Assembly: GCA_963664115.2 (NCBI GenBank)
Contig: CAXWPJ010000012.1
Coordinates: 32,001-96,000, forward strand
Direction of reading: 5' to 3'
Origin: Terriglobia bacterium
GTDB lineage: Bacteria > Acidobacteriota > Terriglobia > 20CM-2-55-15
DNA length: 64,000 nt
This document shows, piece by piece, positions 43,320 through 53,578 of this stretch. The translations under genes and the position numbers were made by a program. Position 1 is the stretch's first letter. Every line of letters starts with the position of its first letter. The notes beneath the pieces are model-generated. The model was not told the origin of the DNA. It was given only the letters and a program-made list of their open reading frames with translations, and did no database searches.

Positions 43320-43472
43320 CCCACCACCCGAGGGAACAATCCGCGCTGCCCCCGTGGCCAGTTCCTTTCATTCAGCCTGGACATCAAAGCGTGGACGGAG
43401 AAGCCCGTCCCTGGCCGGCATCTCACCATATGAACAGCGTCGCCTGTCGCCGTTTATGGTAACTTCGCCGTC

Positions 43473-44651
43473 ATGAGGGACGCCGTGATCATCAGCGCTC
43501 TGCGAACGGGCGTGGGCAAGTTCCAGGGCTCTATCAGCCCACTCTCTGCAACTGAACTCGGTGCGGCGGTTGTCCGGTCCGTCGTGAAACACGCCGGCTT
43601 GACCCCCGGTCAGGTTGACGAAGTCATCATGGGTAACGTGGTGTCGGCAGGACTCGGCCAGAACCCGGCGCGTCAGGCAGCGCTTGGGGGCGGACTCTCA
43701 CCAGAAGTCGCCGCTATGACGATCAACAAAGTGTGTGGTTCCGGTTTGAAGGCTGTCGGACTGGCCACGCAGGCCATTCAGACCGGCGAAGCGGAAATTG
43801 TTGTGGCGGGCGGGATGGAGAGCATGAGCAACTGCCCCTACTTGCTCCCTAAGGCCCGCGAAGGCTACCGCCTGGGCGATGCCAGGATGGTGGATTCGGT
43901 GATCCATGACGGTCTGTGGGACGTATACGAAGACTTCCACATGGGCTGCACCGGAGAAGTCATTGCCGAGAAATACAGCGTGTCTAGAGAAACCCAGGAC
44001 CGTTATGCACTCGAAAGTCACAACAAAGCCGTCGCGGCCATCCGAGCAGGGCGTTTTAAGGACGAAATCATCCGGCTCGAAGTACCTCAACGCAAAGGCG
44101 CCCCTCTTCCCTTCGACACGGATGAATGTCCACGCACGGATACGTCGATGCAGGCACTGGGCAAACTCAAGCCCGCCTTCAAGCCAGGCGGTACCGTAAC
44201 CGCGGGAAACGCACCTGGCCTCAATGACGGCGCTGGGGCCGTTATCGTCACCTCCCGTGAAGGTGCCCGGCGGGCCGGACGGACACCGATAGCACGCATT
44301 TCAGGCCAGGCGGTATCGGGCATCGAACCCGCCCTCGTGATGATGGCTCCGGTAAAGGCCGTCAATAAATTGATCAGAAAAATCGGCTGGAGCCTGGATG
44401 ACGTCGACCTGATCGAACTCAACGAAGCCTTCGCCGTTCAGGCCGTCGCCGTAATGGCCGAACTCAAGCTCGATCCCAAGCGAGTGAACGTGAACGGCGG
44501 CGCCATCGCGATCGGACATCCGATCGGAGCCAGTGGCGCCAGAATTCTGGTTACGCTATTGCATGAATTGGTTCGGCGGGATGTCCACCGGGGTATAGCA
44601 ACACTGTGCCTGGGCGGCGGCAATGCCGTAGCCCTGGCCGTTGAACGTTGA
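43473..44651 (+). CDS. atoB: Acetyl-CoA C-acetyltransferase (thiolase)
   Basis: [24 protein letters not shown]. Confidence 0.9.
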   Translation: MRDAVIISALRTGVGKFQGSISPLSATELGAAVVRSVVKHAGLTPGQVDEVIMGNVVSAGLGQNPARQAALGGGLSPEVAAMTINKVCGSGLKAVGLATQAIQTGEAEIVVAGGMESMSNCPYLLPKAREGYRLGDARMVDSVIHDGLWDVYEDFHMGCTGEVIAEKYSVSRETQDRYALESHNKAVAAIRAGRFKDEIIRLEVPQRKGAPLPFDTDECPRTDTSMQALGKLKPAFKPGGTVTAGNAPGLNDGAGAVIVTSREGARRAGRTPIARISGQAVSGIEPALVMMAPVKAVNKLIRKIGWSLDDVDLIELNEAFAVQAVAVMAELKLDPKRVNVNGGAIAIGHPIGASGARILVTLLHELVRRDVHRGIATLCLGGGNAVALAVER

Positions 44652-44720
44652 GGGGCCTTTACCCCAAAGTTAAGTAGTGTCAGGCAATCTTAGATAGTCT
44701 AAATTGAGGTCGAGAACATC

Positions 44721-45572
44721 ATGACGGCAGTGGAGTCCGTGGGCGTCGTCGGCGCCGGCACAATGGGAAACGGTATCGCGCACGTCGCCGCACGGACCGG
44801 CATCTCAGTCGTTCTTTGTGACCTGGACCCAGCACTTCTCGATCAGGCATTGTCCACGATTTCGCGAAATATGGACCGGGAAGTCGCCAAAGGAAAGCTG
44901 ACTGAAACTGAAAAGCAGGAAGCCCTGAACCGGATCACGCCCACTACGGATTGGAATCATTTGAAGGAAATCGACTTTCTGATCGAAGCCGTCAACGAGG
45001 ATTTTCAGGTGAAATCGCGTGTCTTCGAGCAGGCAGACCGCATCACAAAACCGAAGACCATCCTGGCATCCAACACCTCGTCGATTTCGATCACAAAGCT
45101 CGCTGCCGTCACCGAGCGGCCGGAACAAGTCGTCGGAATGCACTTCATGAACCCCGTCCCTGTCATGCAACTGGTTGAAATCGTTCGTAGCCTGACGACT
45201 GCAGAAGCGACCCTTGTCGGGACGCGGGAATTGGCCCAGCGACTCGGAAAGAAACCCGTCGAGGTAAACGACCATCCGGGCTTTGTGTCCAACCGCATAC
45301 TGATCCCCATGATCAATGAAGCAGCGTTCTGCCTGATGGAAGGCGTGGGCACTGCCGAAGCGATCGACAGCATAATGGAACTTGGAATGCGACACCCGAT
45401 GGGACCGCTTGCGCTTGCCGACCTGATCGGTCTTGACGTCTGCCTCGACGTCATGGAAGTCCTGCATCAGGGACTGGGCGACTCAAAGTACCGGCCCTGC
45501 CCCCTGCTCCGAAAACTGGTCGATGCCGGTCATCTGGGCCGAAAAACGGCCCGCGGATTTTACAGTTATTAA
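44721..45572 (+). CDS. hbd: 3-hydroxybutyryl-CoA dehydrogenase
   Basis: GAGTMG, SNTSS, GMHFMNP, PMGPL.LAD.IGLD. Confidence 0.9.
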   Translation: MTAVESVGVVGAGTMGNGIAHVAARTGISVVLCDLDPALLDQALSTISRNMDREVAKGKLTETEKQEALNRITPTTDWNHLKEIDFLIEAVNEDFQVKSRVFEQADRITKPKTILASNTSSISITKLAAVTERPEQVVGMHFMNPVPVMQLVEIVRSLTTAEATLVGTRELAQRLGKKPVEVNDHPGFVSNRILIPMINEAAFCLMEGVGTAEAIDSIMELGMRHPMGPLALADLIGLDVCLDVMEVLHQGLGDSKYRPCPLLRKLVDAGHLGRKTARGFYSY

Positions 45573-45623
45573 GAGTTTACAAAAAAGGACCTCAGCTGGC
45601 CCATCCGTTAAGGATTCTTAGGC

Positions 45624-46775
45624 ATGATCCACTGCCAGAATTGCACCACGCGAAACGCACTGACGCGCCAGTTCTGTTGGAAATGCGGCACGAAGCTCCT
45701 GTTGGCGTCGGGGGCAGCGACGGCCGAGTCACCGATGAACTTCATGGACGAGCACGCCCTGGAACGGGTAAGCGCGCTGGAATACGCCATGTCTATCATG
45801 AACAAGCGTTTGGAGTCGTTAGCAGAAACGGTCGAACGCGTAGGAGCGAACAACTTCATCGACCACACGATGATCGAAACCCTGACCGATTCCCTGGAGT
45901 CAGCCGGTATAAACCTTTCCAACCTGGAAACGGAATGGCGAAAACGAATCAATTCGCGACTGACCGAGAACGAAGAAGTCGACCGGTTGGGGTCCCGGAT
46001 GGAAAGGATCATCGAATTCTACAGGGGATCCCAACGTAAGCAGTTCATGCTCTGGATTGAACGGGCCTACGAACACATTGCATCGGACCGGCCGGCTGAA
46101 AGCCTGGGCTCGTTGCAGTCAGCGTTCGAACACGATCCTTCCAACTACGAACTGGGGATGCTTTTAGCCGAAGTTTTTTTCCAGACACAGGATTTTACTG
46201 AGTCTCATGCGTGCCTGTCCCGCGTCCTGGAGTTCAAACGCGATCATTTCGAAGCCACTCTCCTGATGGGACTGATCGAAAAACGACACGGAAATGCCAA
46301 TGAGGCCCAGCGGCTCCTCGAGGTCGCAGTCCACCTCAGGGACAATTCTCCGTCGGCACACGCGACGCTCGCATCACTGCTTATCGACAATGGTAAGCGC
46401 AAACAGGCGATGGGCCACCTGAATCGCGCGCTTGAGCTAAAACCCAGCGCGCCCACTCATTTCATGCTGGGCGCGATTTACTATCAGGACGGTCGCCAGA
46501 AACGCGCAATCAGCCACCTGAAGCAAGCTACGCAACTGGACCCCGAATTTGGCGAAGCCTTCTATCAACTCGGACTTTTATGCCTTGAAATGAAGTGGCG
46601 CCGTAAGGCACAAGAGTGTTTTAACCACGCGCAACAGCTCGATCCCCGGGAAGATCGATACCGCAAGAAGGCACAGAGGTATTTCAAGGGGAACGTGACT
46701 CCGGACCAATTGAGCGGTCTCGTCCGCGACGAACTACACCTAACGACGTGCTGGAGCAATAAAAGCTCCGATTAA
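45624..46775 (+). CDS. Zinc-ribbon + coiled-coil + TPR protein
   Basis: CQNC...CWKC followed by TPR repeats. Confidence 0.8.
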   Translation: MIHCQNCTTRNALTRQFCWKCGTKLLLASGAATAESPMNFMDEHALERVSALEYAMSIMNKRLESLAETVERVGANNFIDHTMIETLTDSLESAGINLSNLETEWRKRINSRLTENEEVDRLGSRMERIIEFYRGSQRKQFMLWIERAYEHIASDRPAESLGSLQSAFEHDPSNYELGMLLAEVFFQTQDFTESHACLSRVLEFKRDHFEATLLMGLIEKRHGNANEAQRLLEVAVHLRDNSPSAHATLASLLIDNGKRKQAMGHLNRALELKPSAPTHFMLGAIYYQDGRQKRAISHLKQATQLDPEFGEAFYQLGLLCLEMKWRRKAQECFNHAQQLDPREDRYRKKAQRYFKGNVTPDQLSGLVRDELHLTTCWSNKSSD

Positions 46776-46863
46776 AAGGCTGAGAGAGTGGCTCATAGCC
46801 CTTGAAGTCACGCGCTCTATGGAAGGCGTGACCCACCGGCCCAATTAACGATAAAGAGGAACC

Positions 46864-47922
46864 ATGGCAGAAGACAAACGTAAAGAAAAGACGCGGGCGC
46901 TGGATCTGGCTGTTTCACAGATCGAAAAACAGTTCGGTAAGGGCTCGATCATGCGCCTCGGTGGCGGACACGAAATTCCCGCGATGGAGATCATTCCTTC
47001 CGGTTCCATCGCACTGGACGCTGCGCTCGGAATAGGTGGCTTCCCGAGAGGCCGGGTGATCGAGATATACGGGCCGGAATCCAGTGGCAAAACCACGTTG
47101 TCGCTACATGTGATAGCGGAAGCACAAAAGTTGGGAGGGACTGCGGCCTTCGTGGATGCCGAGCATGCACTGGATGCGGCTTACTCAAGAAAACTGGGCG
47201 TTGATATCGACAACCTGCTCGTTTCGCAACCCGACAGTGGCGAACAAGCCCTTGAAATCACAGAAGTGCTGGTTCGCAGCGGTGCAGTCGACGTCATTGT
47301 GGTGGATTCGGTGGCGGCACTCGTGCCGCGCGCCGAACTTGAAGGCGAGATGGGAGACGCGCAGATGGGCCTCCAGGCCCGATTGATGTCGCAAGCGCTC
47401 CGCAAACTGACCGGTGTCGTTTCTAAATCAAAGACCAGCCTGATTTTCATCAATCAGATTCGGGAAAAAATCGGGGTCATGTTCGGAAGTCCGGAAACGA
47501 CCACAGGCGGCCGGGCTCTGAAATTTTACGCATCGATTCGTGTCGACATCCGGAGAATCGGCGCCATCAAGGACGCTGACAAGATCGTCGGAAACCGAAC
47601 CAAGGCAAAGGTGGTCAAAAACAAGGTGGCTCCGCCCTTCCGCGATGCCGAATTCGACATCATGTACGGGGAAGGCATCTCGCATGAAGGAGAGTTGCTC
47701 GACCTGGCCGTCGGAGCGAACATCGTCGACAAAAGCGGCTCCTGGTTCTCCTTCGATGGCGAACGATTGGGACAGGGGCGGGAAAACTCCAAGCATTTTC
47801 TCAAGGAACACCCTGAGTATTATGTACGCATCGAGGAAGAAGTCCGGGAGGCCCTGGGTCTGGGGGTCGCCAAGGCAACCGCAGCTGTCGCAGGTCCCAG
47901 TAACGGCAAAAAAGGGAGTTAA
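46864..47922 (+). CDS. recA: Recombinase A
   Basis: [23 protein letters not shown]. Confidence 0.98.
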   Translation: MAEDKRKEKTRALDLAVSQIEKQFGKGSIMRLGGGHEIPAMEIIPSGSIALDAALGIGGFPRGRVIEIYGPESSGKTTLSLHVIAEAQKLGGTAAFVDAEHALDAAYSRKLGVDIDNLLVSQPDSGEQALEITEVLVRSGAVDVIVVDSVAALVPRAELEGEMGDAQMGLQARLMSQALRKLTGVVSKSKTSLIFINQIREKIGVMFGSPETTTGGRALKFYASIRVDIRRIGAIKDADKIVGNRTKAKVVKNKVAPPFRDAEFDIMYGEGISHEGELLDLAVGANIVDKSGSWFSFDGERLGQGRENSKHFLKEHPEYYVRIEEEVREALGLGVAKATAAVAGPSNGKKGS

Positions 47923-48044
47923 GAACAGGGACGGCTGAGGGGCCAAATACCCTTCCGCCAGGGTGAGCAAAAATAGCGCTAATGTGAAACGAGACCTTCG
48001 CCGATAAGGTCAGTATCTCACTCAGTTCTCACAACTCGTTGCAC

Positions 48045-48073
48045 AAGGCCCCGCTCCGGCGGGGCCTTTTTTT
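48045..48073 (+). terminator. Rho-independent terminator
   Basis: AAGGCCCCGC-TCCG-GCGGGGCC followed by T7. Confidence 0.9.
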
Positions 48074-48432
48074 GTATATATGCCGCTCATTCCACTCTTA
48101 AATAGACCGGTTCAATCATTTAACCTCGTTCAAGCCGGTATGGCCGCACCCTAGTGGCCTGCAGCAGAGATATCGCCCGTGGCATTCGGAGCGCACCGGC
48201 ACCGCTTGCGATATCTCTGTAGCCGGGCGTTAGGCAGTTCGGCTTGAAGTTCGCCTTCTAAAGAGGCCCGTTGGGTTAGAATGGGACCCGCGAGACCTCA
48301 GTTTTCCTTTCTGGGCGACTGACGGCCTGGATCCCGCTTCGCTCGTACGGACCCGGGGTGGTCTACGCGTTAGCGAATGGCGCATCGATGGGTCACCCGA
48401 CCCGCTCAAAGCGTCAAACCAGGGAGAAAGCC

Positions 48433-48825
48433 ATGAAGAAATTCCTCACTTTCTTTGTTGTTGCCGTTGCACTGTCGATGATTCCTACACCTGCTCCGGC
48501 TCATCACGGCCGCGGACAGACCTACGATATGGAGCAAGAGTTCACCCTGCGTGGCAGTGTGACCCAAGTGCTGTGGCGCAACCCTCACGTCTTGTGGTAC
48601 ATGGATGTCGAGGACGACAACGGCAACGTCGTCAATTGGGCTTTTGAGCATGGAAGCACGAGTTCGCTGTCCCGGGAAGGCTATCATCGGAATACTCTCA
48701 AAGCAGGCGATGAAATTGTCGCGACTGTCCATCCCGCCCGCAATGGCGCGCCAACTTCGATTGTGGTGAAGGTCATTCTACCGGACGGAACGGAAATGAT
48801 GTGTCGCGGCAGCGGCTGCGACTAG
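48433..48825 (+). CDS. DUF6152-like secreted protein
   Basis: Signal peptide APA|HHG, NPH, VHPARNG, LPDG. Confidence 0.82.
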   Translation: MKKFLTFFVVAVALSMIPTPAPAHHGRGQTYDMEQEFTLRGSVTQVLWRNPHVLWYMDVEDDNGNVVNWAFEHGSTSSLSREGYHRNTLKAGDEIVATVHPARNGAPTSIVVKVILPDGTEMMCRGSGCD

Positions 48826-50674
48826 ACCCTGAACAAGCGTGATTGACGAGGAAATGATAGTGCAATAAGAGCGGAAGTACCCGAAATGCCCCCTCTCCGT
48901 GCGAAAAAAACCTTGAACAGATTCTTCGGAAAAGGAGGCATTTCAGATGAACGATTATACGCGCAAGAACATGAGGAACCGCAAGCGGCGAATCGAACGT
49001 CGGCTTGGGGACCGGCATTGGACGGATCAGGTAGAGCCGATGTTTTCGGCGAGCAACATTCAGTACGAGATGGGAGAGCGGACGCGGGGCACATCGGTTG
49101 GTGGTATCGGGACGATGCAACTGGTGGCGCGGCGGACCGGGCTGATCGAAGCCATCGACAAGGGCGTGCATGTGTTGAAGCGGCACCTGCCGTATCACGA
49201 GTCGGATCACGTGCTGAACATCGCCTACAACGCCTTGAGCGGAGGAACGTGCCTGGAAGACATCGAACTGCGGCGCAACGATGCGGTGTATCTGGATGCG
49301 CTGGGAGCGCAACGGATTCCGGATCCGACGACGGCGGGAGACTTCTGCCGGAGATTCGAGGCCGACGACGTGGAGTGTCTGATGGAGGCAACCAATCAAG
49401 TCCGGCTCGGAGTCTGGCGACAGCAACCGGCGGCGTTTTTCGAAGAAGCGGTGTTGGACGCGGACGGGACACTGGCCGAAACCACGGGGGAATGCAAGCA
49501 AGGGATGGACGTGGCCTACGACGGGACGTGGGGATATCACCCGCTGATGATCTCGCTGGCCAACACCGCCGAACCGCTGTATCTGGTCAATCGTAGCGGC
49601 AACCGGCCGTCGCATGAAGGAGCCGCGGTCCGGTTCGACCAAGCCATCGCATTGTGCCGGCATGCGGGGTTTCGCCAGATCCTGCTGCGCGGGGACACGG
49701 ACTTCAGCCAGACCCGGCATCTGGACGGATGGGACGACCAGCAGGTGGGTTTCATATTCGGGATTGACGCGATGGCGAACCTGAAGGCCCGGGCCGATGA
49801 ACTGGAGCCGCGCCAGTGGAAGCGCCTGGAACGGCCCGCGAAATACGACGTGGCGACCGAACCGCGCCAACGTCCCGACAACGTGAAGGAAGAGATCGTT
49901 CGGCAGCGCGGTTTCGACAATATCCGCTTGCAGGGTGAGGATGTGGCCGAGTTTCGGTATCGACCCGGAGCCTGCGATCGGGACTACCGTGTCGTCGTGG
50001 TGCGGAAGAATCTGTCGGTGGCCAAAGGAGAGCAGGTGTTGTTTGACGACATCCGGTACTTCTTCTACATTACCAACCGTTCGGATCCGGCCGACCAGAT
50101 TGTGATGCGTGCCAATCAACGGTGCAATCAGGAGAATCTCATTGAGCAGTTGAAGAACGGCGTTCAGGCGTTGCGGATGCCGGTCGGAGATCAGACCAGC
50201 AACTGGGCCTACATGGTGATCGCGTCACTGGCCTGGACACTGAAAGCGTGGTTTGCATTGCTGCTTCCCGAAACCGGACGTTGGGGCCAAAAATATCAGG
50301 CTGAGAAGCAAACCGTGCTGCGCATGGAGTTCAAAACCTTCTTGAACGCTTTCATGCTTGTGCCGTGCCAACTCGTGCGCACCGGGCGGCGCATTCTGTT
50401 CCGGATCCTGGCCTGGAACCGGTGGTTGCCGGTCTTGTTCCGCGGGGTGGATGTGTTGCGTCAGCCTCTGCGATGTTGACCCGATCATGACTCTGAGCCC
50501 GGGCGATCGAGGTCCCGGTTTCTGTCAACCGTCCAACACCAGCGAGGCTGAACTGAAACAGATTCAACAGAAACTCGATACCTGGAACAGGCCATCCGGG
50601 AACGGGATTCTATGCCTCGAATTCTATCGGCGCGAACTGGGCCTCGGCGGACTGGTTATGCGCTTGTTTTGGGA
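48826..50674 (+). mobile_element. IS1380 family element
   Basis: Ends ACCCTGAACAAGCG / CGCTTGTTTTGGGA; CTAG duplicated at 48822-48825 and 50675-50678. Confidence 0.88.
48947..50479 (+). CDS. IS1380 family DDE transposase
   Basis: PDPTT, LDADGT, GYHPL, RGD..F, R..QENLIEQLK. Confidence 0.9.
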   Translation: MNDYTRKNMRNRKRRIERRLGDRHWTDQVEPMFSASNIQYEMGERTRGTSVGGIGTMQLVARRTGLIEAIDKGVHVLKRHLPYHESDHVLNIAYNALSGGTCLEDIELRRNDAVYLDALGAQRIPDPTTAGDFCRRFEADDVECLMEATNQVRLGVWRQQPAAFFEEAVLDADGTLAETTGECKQGMDVAYDGTWGYHPLMISLANTAEPLYLVNRSGNRPSHEGAAVRFDQAIALCRHAGFRQILLRGDTDFSQTRHLDGWDDQQVGFIFGIDAMANLKARADELEPRQWKRLERPAKYDVATEPRQRPDNVKEEIVRQRGFDNIRLQGEDVAEFRYRPGACDRDYRVVVVRKNLSVAKGEQVLFDDIRYFFYITNRSDPADQIVMRANQRCNQENLIEQLKNGVQALRMPVGDQTSNWAYMVIASLAWTLKAWFALLLPETGRWGQKYQAEKQTVLRMEFKTFLNAFMLVPCQLVRTGRRILFRILAWNRWLPVLFRGVDVLRQPLRC

Positions 50675-50833
50675 CTAGTCAGCCTAGGGCGTCAGACAAA
50701 CACTCGTGGGTCGAAGAGAGATCTGGCGGCGTCTGACGCTGAAAGACTTCAATAACGTCTGGAAGAACGAATCCCTGACACTCGAAAATCCGATACCGGA
50801 CTACGAGGCCGGGATTTGCACGGAGGTACAATC

Positions 50834-51649
50834 ATGCAAAGCCATTCCATCCGCGTGATCATCGCCGCAATGTCAGTGCTCTGCGTCTTGTCATTGACGG
50901 CATGTGCCGGAGCCCCGGAGGACGGGAGCCAATTTGACCCACGTGATTTCTCGGGAGTGTGGCACATGGAAGGGGGATCGGGTCAATTTGGCCCACCAAA
51001 TCCTCCAGCTCTGACATCGGCGGGAATGGCAGCGATGCGAGGGCGTATTCCTTCCCGCAGCGTGGACGATCCCAGCCTTTCAAACGACCCTTCCTATGAG
51101 TGCAATCCGGAGGGCTTTCCGAAGATCCTCTTTGATGCGGAGCCCATGGAAATCTTACAACTCCCCGACAGAATGTTGCAAACCTTCCAGTGGGAAGGAC
51201 GGATTCGCTACCTCTGGCTGGACGGAAGGGAGCTACCAACGGGAGAGAACCTCGAGAATCTAGGCCCGGCCTGGTATGGGCACTCGGTCGCTGAGTGGAA
51301 AGGGAACACGCTCGTCGTGAATACAGTAGGTTTCGACGACAGAGCCTGGCTCGACAGGCCGGGCCACCCGAGAAGTTTCAACGCACGCATCGAAGAACGT
51401 TACCAACGTCTCGATTCAGACACGATTGAACTTCGGTTGACGCTCTACGATCCCGAAAACTATAGCGACACCTGGGCGGGTGAACCGAAAATCTTCAGGA
51501 GACTTCCCAGCGACGAATACACTTTTTTCGGCTGGGAAGGGATCTTTTCGGGAACAACGGAGCAGATCTGTGCGCCGATGAACGAGGTTGAAACGTACAA
51601 TCAGCTGTTTCGGGATCCAGGAGCGGAGGGAATTTCTTCGACCCCATGA
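50834..51649 (+). CDS. Lipoprotein, DUF6152 partner family
   Basis: Lipobox LTAC; DPRDFSGVW, CNPEGFP, GHSV.EW, ICAPMNEV; RBS GGAGG. Confidence 0.8.
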   Translation: MQSHSIRVIIAAMSVLCVLSLTACAGAPEDGSQFDPRDFSGVWHMEGGSGQFGPPNPPALTSAGMAAMRGRIPSRSVDDPSLSNDPSYECNPEGFPKILFDAEPMEILQLPDRMLQTFQWEGRIRYLWLDGRELPTGENLENLGPAWYGHSVAEWKGNTLVVNTVGFDDRAWLDRPGHPRSFNARIEERYQRLDSDTIELRLTLYDPENYSDTWAGEPKIFRRLPSDEYTFFGWEGIFSGTTEQICAPMNEVETYNQLFRDPGAEGISSTP

Positions 51650-51886
51650 AAACCGGCATCGGATGCACCTGCGCTTTCAATGCAGGTGTTCGGTCCGACG
51701 GCTTGGCGAGCAGGCGCTCTTTGAGGCTTCGGTCCCATCTCGGCCAAAGGTAAACCAGTGCTCCTCACGACACTTGCCTTCCGCCGGGCTGGATTTACCG
51801 GATCTGGTTTTCCGACGGAGGTCTTCCGTCCCGCCGACCCCGCGCCGGAAAGTTTTCCTGCCTGTCTTCGTGTAAGGAGGGGACAG

Positions 51887-52612
51887 ATGAACTCACAAAC
51901 GAGATGTCGACTTTCGTTGTCCTTGGTTGTTGCGCTGGGCGCTGGCAGTGTGTTGGCGGCGGCCCCACACCGCACAACCGTGTCTCTTCAGGAATTTCCA
52001 CCGGAGTTTTCCGGCGAGGGAGCACGGCAGGTTCTCGACAACGAGCGAGCAGTAGTGTGGGCGGCTACCGGGACGAAAGGGCAGCCCACGACCCTGCACA
52101 CGCACGAACGCGATCGGGTTAGTGTGGATCTTGCCGATGCATCTGTTCGATTCACGAGGGCAGATGGGGTTTCCGAGTCTGTGTCACTCACGACCGGTCA
52201 AGTGCATTTCGAGCCGAAAGGCACGACGCACCGCGTAGAGATCGTCAGCGATAGTCCACGGCATGTGATCCTGATCGATCTGAAGGAAGTGGTGGTGCCC
52301 CTGAGTGAGAACTTGAGTGGCTTTGCGAACGCTTATCCGAGGGCGGACGCTGTCAAGCTGTTGGAGAACGATCGTGTCGTTGTCTGGGAGTACACATGGA
52401 CGACAGGTGTGCCGTCGCCAACGCACTTTCACGACAAGGACGCAGTGATCGTTTTCATGGGCGCCGGCGAACTCAGGGCCACAACTCCTGATGGAACGGT
52501 CCGGGGTGGCACCAGATCGTTCGGGGATGTCGTGTTCAGCCCAAGAGACGTCACTCACGTCGAAGAATTGATCTCCGGGTCCGCCAAGTCGATTGTTATC
52601 GAGCTGAAGTAG
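51887..52612 (+). CDS. Secreted double-cupin protein
   Basis: Signal peptide; two repeats of (L)DN.R..VW...H.H..D...H.(V/E)E...I(D/E)LK. Confidence 0.75.
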   Translation: MNSQTRCRLSLSLVVALGAGSVLAAAPHRTTVSLQEFPPEFSGEGARQVLDNERAVVWAATGTKGQPTTLHTHERDRVSVDLADASVRFTRADGVSESVSLTTGQVHFEPKGTTHRVEIVSDSPRHVILIDLKEVVVPLSENLSGFANAYPRADAVKLLENDRVVVWEYTWTTGVPSPTHFHDKDAVIVFMGAGELRATTPDGTVRGGTRSFGDVVFSPRDVTHVEELISGSAKSIVIELK

Positions 52613-52725
52613 GCCAATCCCAACCAAGTGTAACGATTCACATCGCTGCCTCGAAAATAGCCCAGTCTAAGCCAGGCTAATCTTTCAAAAAGCACATTAA
52701 TGTTCAGGAATCAGATAAAGGGTCA

Positions 52726-53358
52726 ATGATCTCAGCGACAGAAGCACTCGAGCGCCTGAGGGACGGGAACCGCCGCTTCGTTTCTGATACGGGAAGGCCT
52801 CGCCCGCTGACGAATCATAGACGCCGCAGCGAATTGGTGCCGGGCCAGGAGCCTTTCGCGATCGTTCTTGGATGTTCCGACTCCCGAGTCCCTGCAGAGC
52901 TGGTTTTCGACCTGGGCCTTGGCGATATGTTCGTCATCCGGGTCGCCGGAAACATCGTTGCGCCTTCTCAGATTGGCAGTGTCGAGTTTGCGGCACACCG
53001 TTTCGGCACACGCCTCGTCGTGGTCTTGGGCCACTCCACATGTGGCGCCGTACTGGCCACCCTGGATGAACTCAGACGGCCGACCGAAAGCCGTCAGGGT
53101 AATATTAGATCGATCGTTGACCGCATTAAGCCATCAGTGGAAGGCTTACTCGAAACCGAAGGTGCCGACGATCCAAAGATTCTGGAAAAACACGCCGTCC
53201 GGGCCAACATCCGTGCTTCTGTCAATCAACTGCGGCACGGGTCCGAAATCCTGGAGCATTTGGTCCGAAACGATAGACTGCTCGTTGTCGGTGCTGAGTA
53301 TTCACTCGATACCGGAATCGTTGACTTCTTCGACGATGGCCCGGAGGCGGGCGGATAA
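52726..53358 (+). CDS. Beta-class carbonic anhydrase
   Basis: CSDSR, RVAGN, GHSTCGA. Confidence 0.93.
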   Translation: MISATEALERLRDGNRRFVSDTGRPRPLTNHRRRSELVPGQEPFAIVLGCSDSRVPAELVFDLGLGDMFVIRVAGNIVAPSQIGSVEFAAHRFGTRLVVVLGHSTCGAVLATLDELRRPTESRQGNIRSIVDRIKPSVEGLLETEGADDPKILEKHAVRANIRASVNQLRHGSEILEHLVRNDRLLVVGAEYSLDTGIVDFFDDGPEAGG

Positions 53359-53578
53359 GAATCTTGGCTTCTCGGCTAGCCAAGTCACCCTCCCTTCCGA
53401 AGGCTTCGCCCTCACACAACTCACCCAAACAGCCGGCATCCATGCGTCAGATACGCTGGCACACAACACCATCGACGGCTGAGCAGGTCAACGATGCTTC
53501 GGCTCCTTCCCGGTTTACATGCTTTCAACACAAGGCCCTGGAAGGTCGCCTTAAATTTTCCATGCTAAGTTAGGAGGG

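Noticed and set aside
46776-46863. LexA box upstream of recA
   Set aside because: Only a GTCACGC/GCGTGAC hairpin is visible; no SOS box I can recognise.
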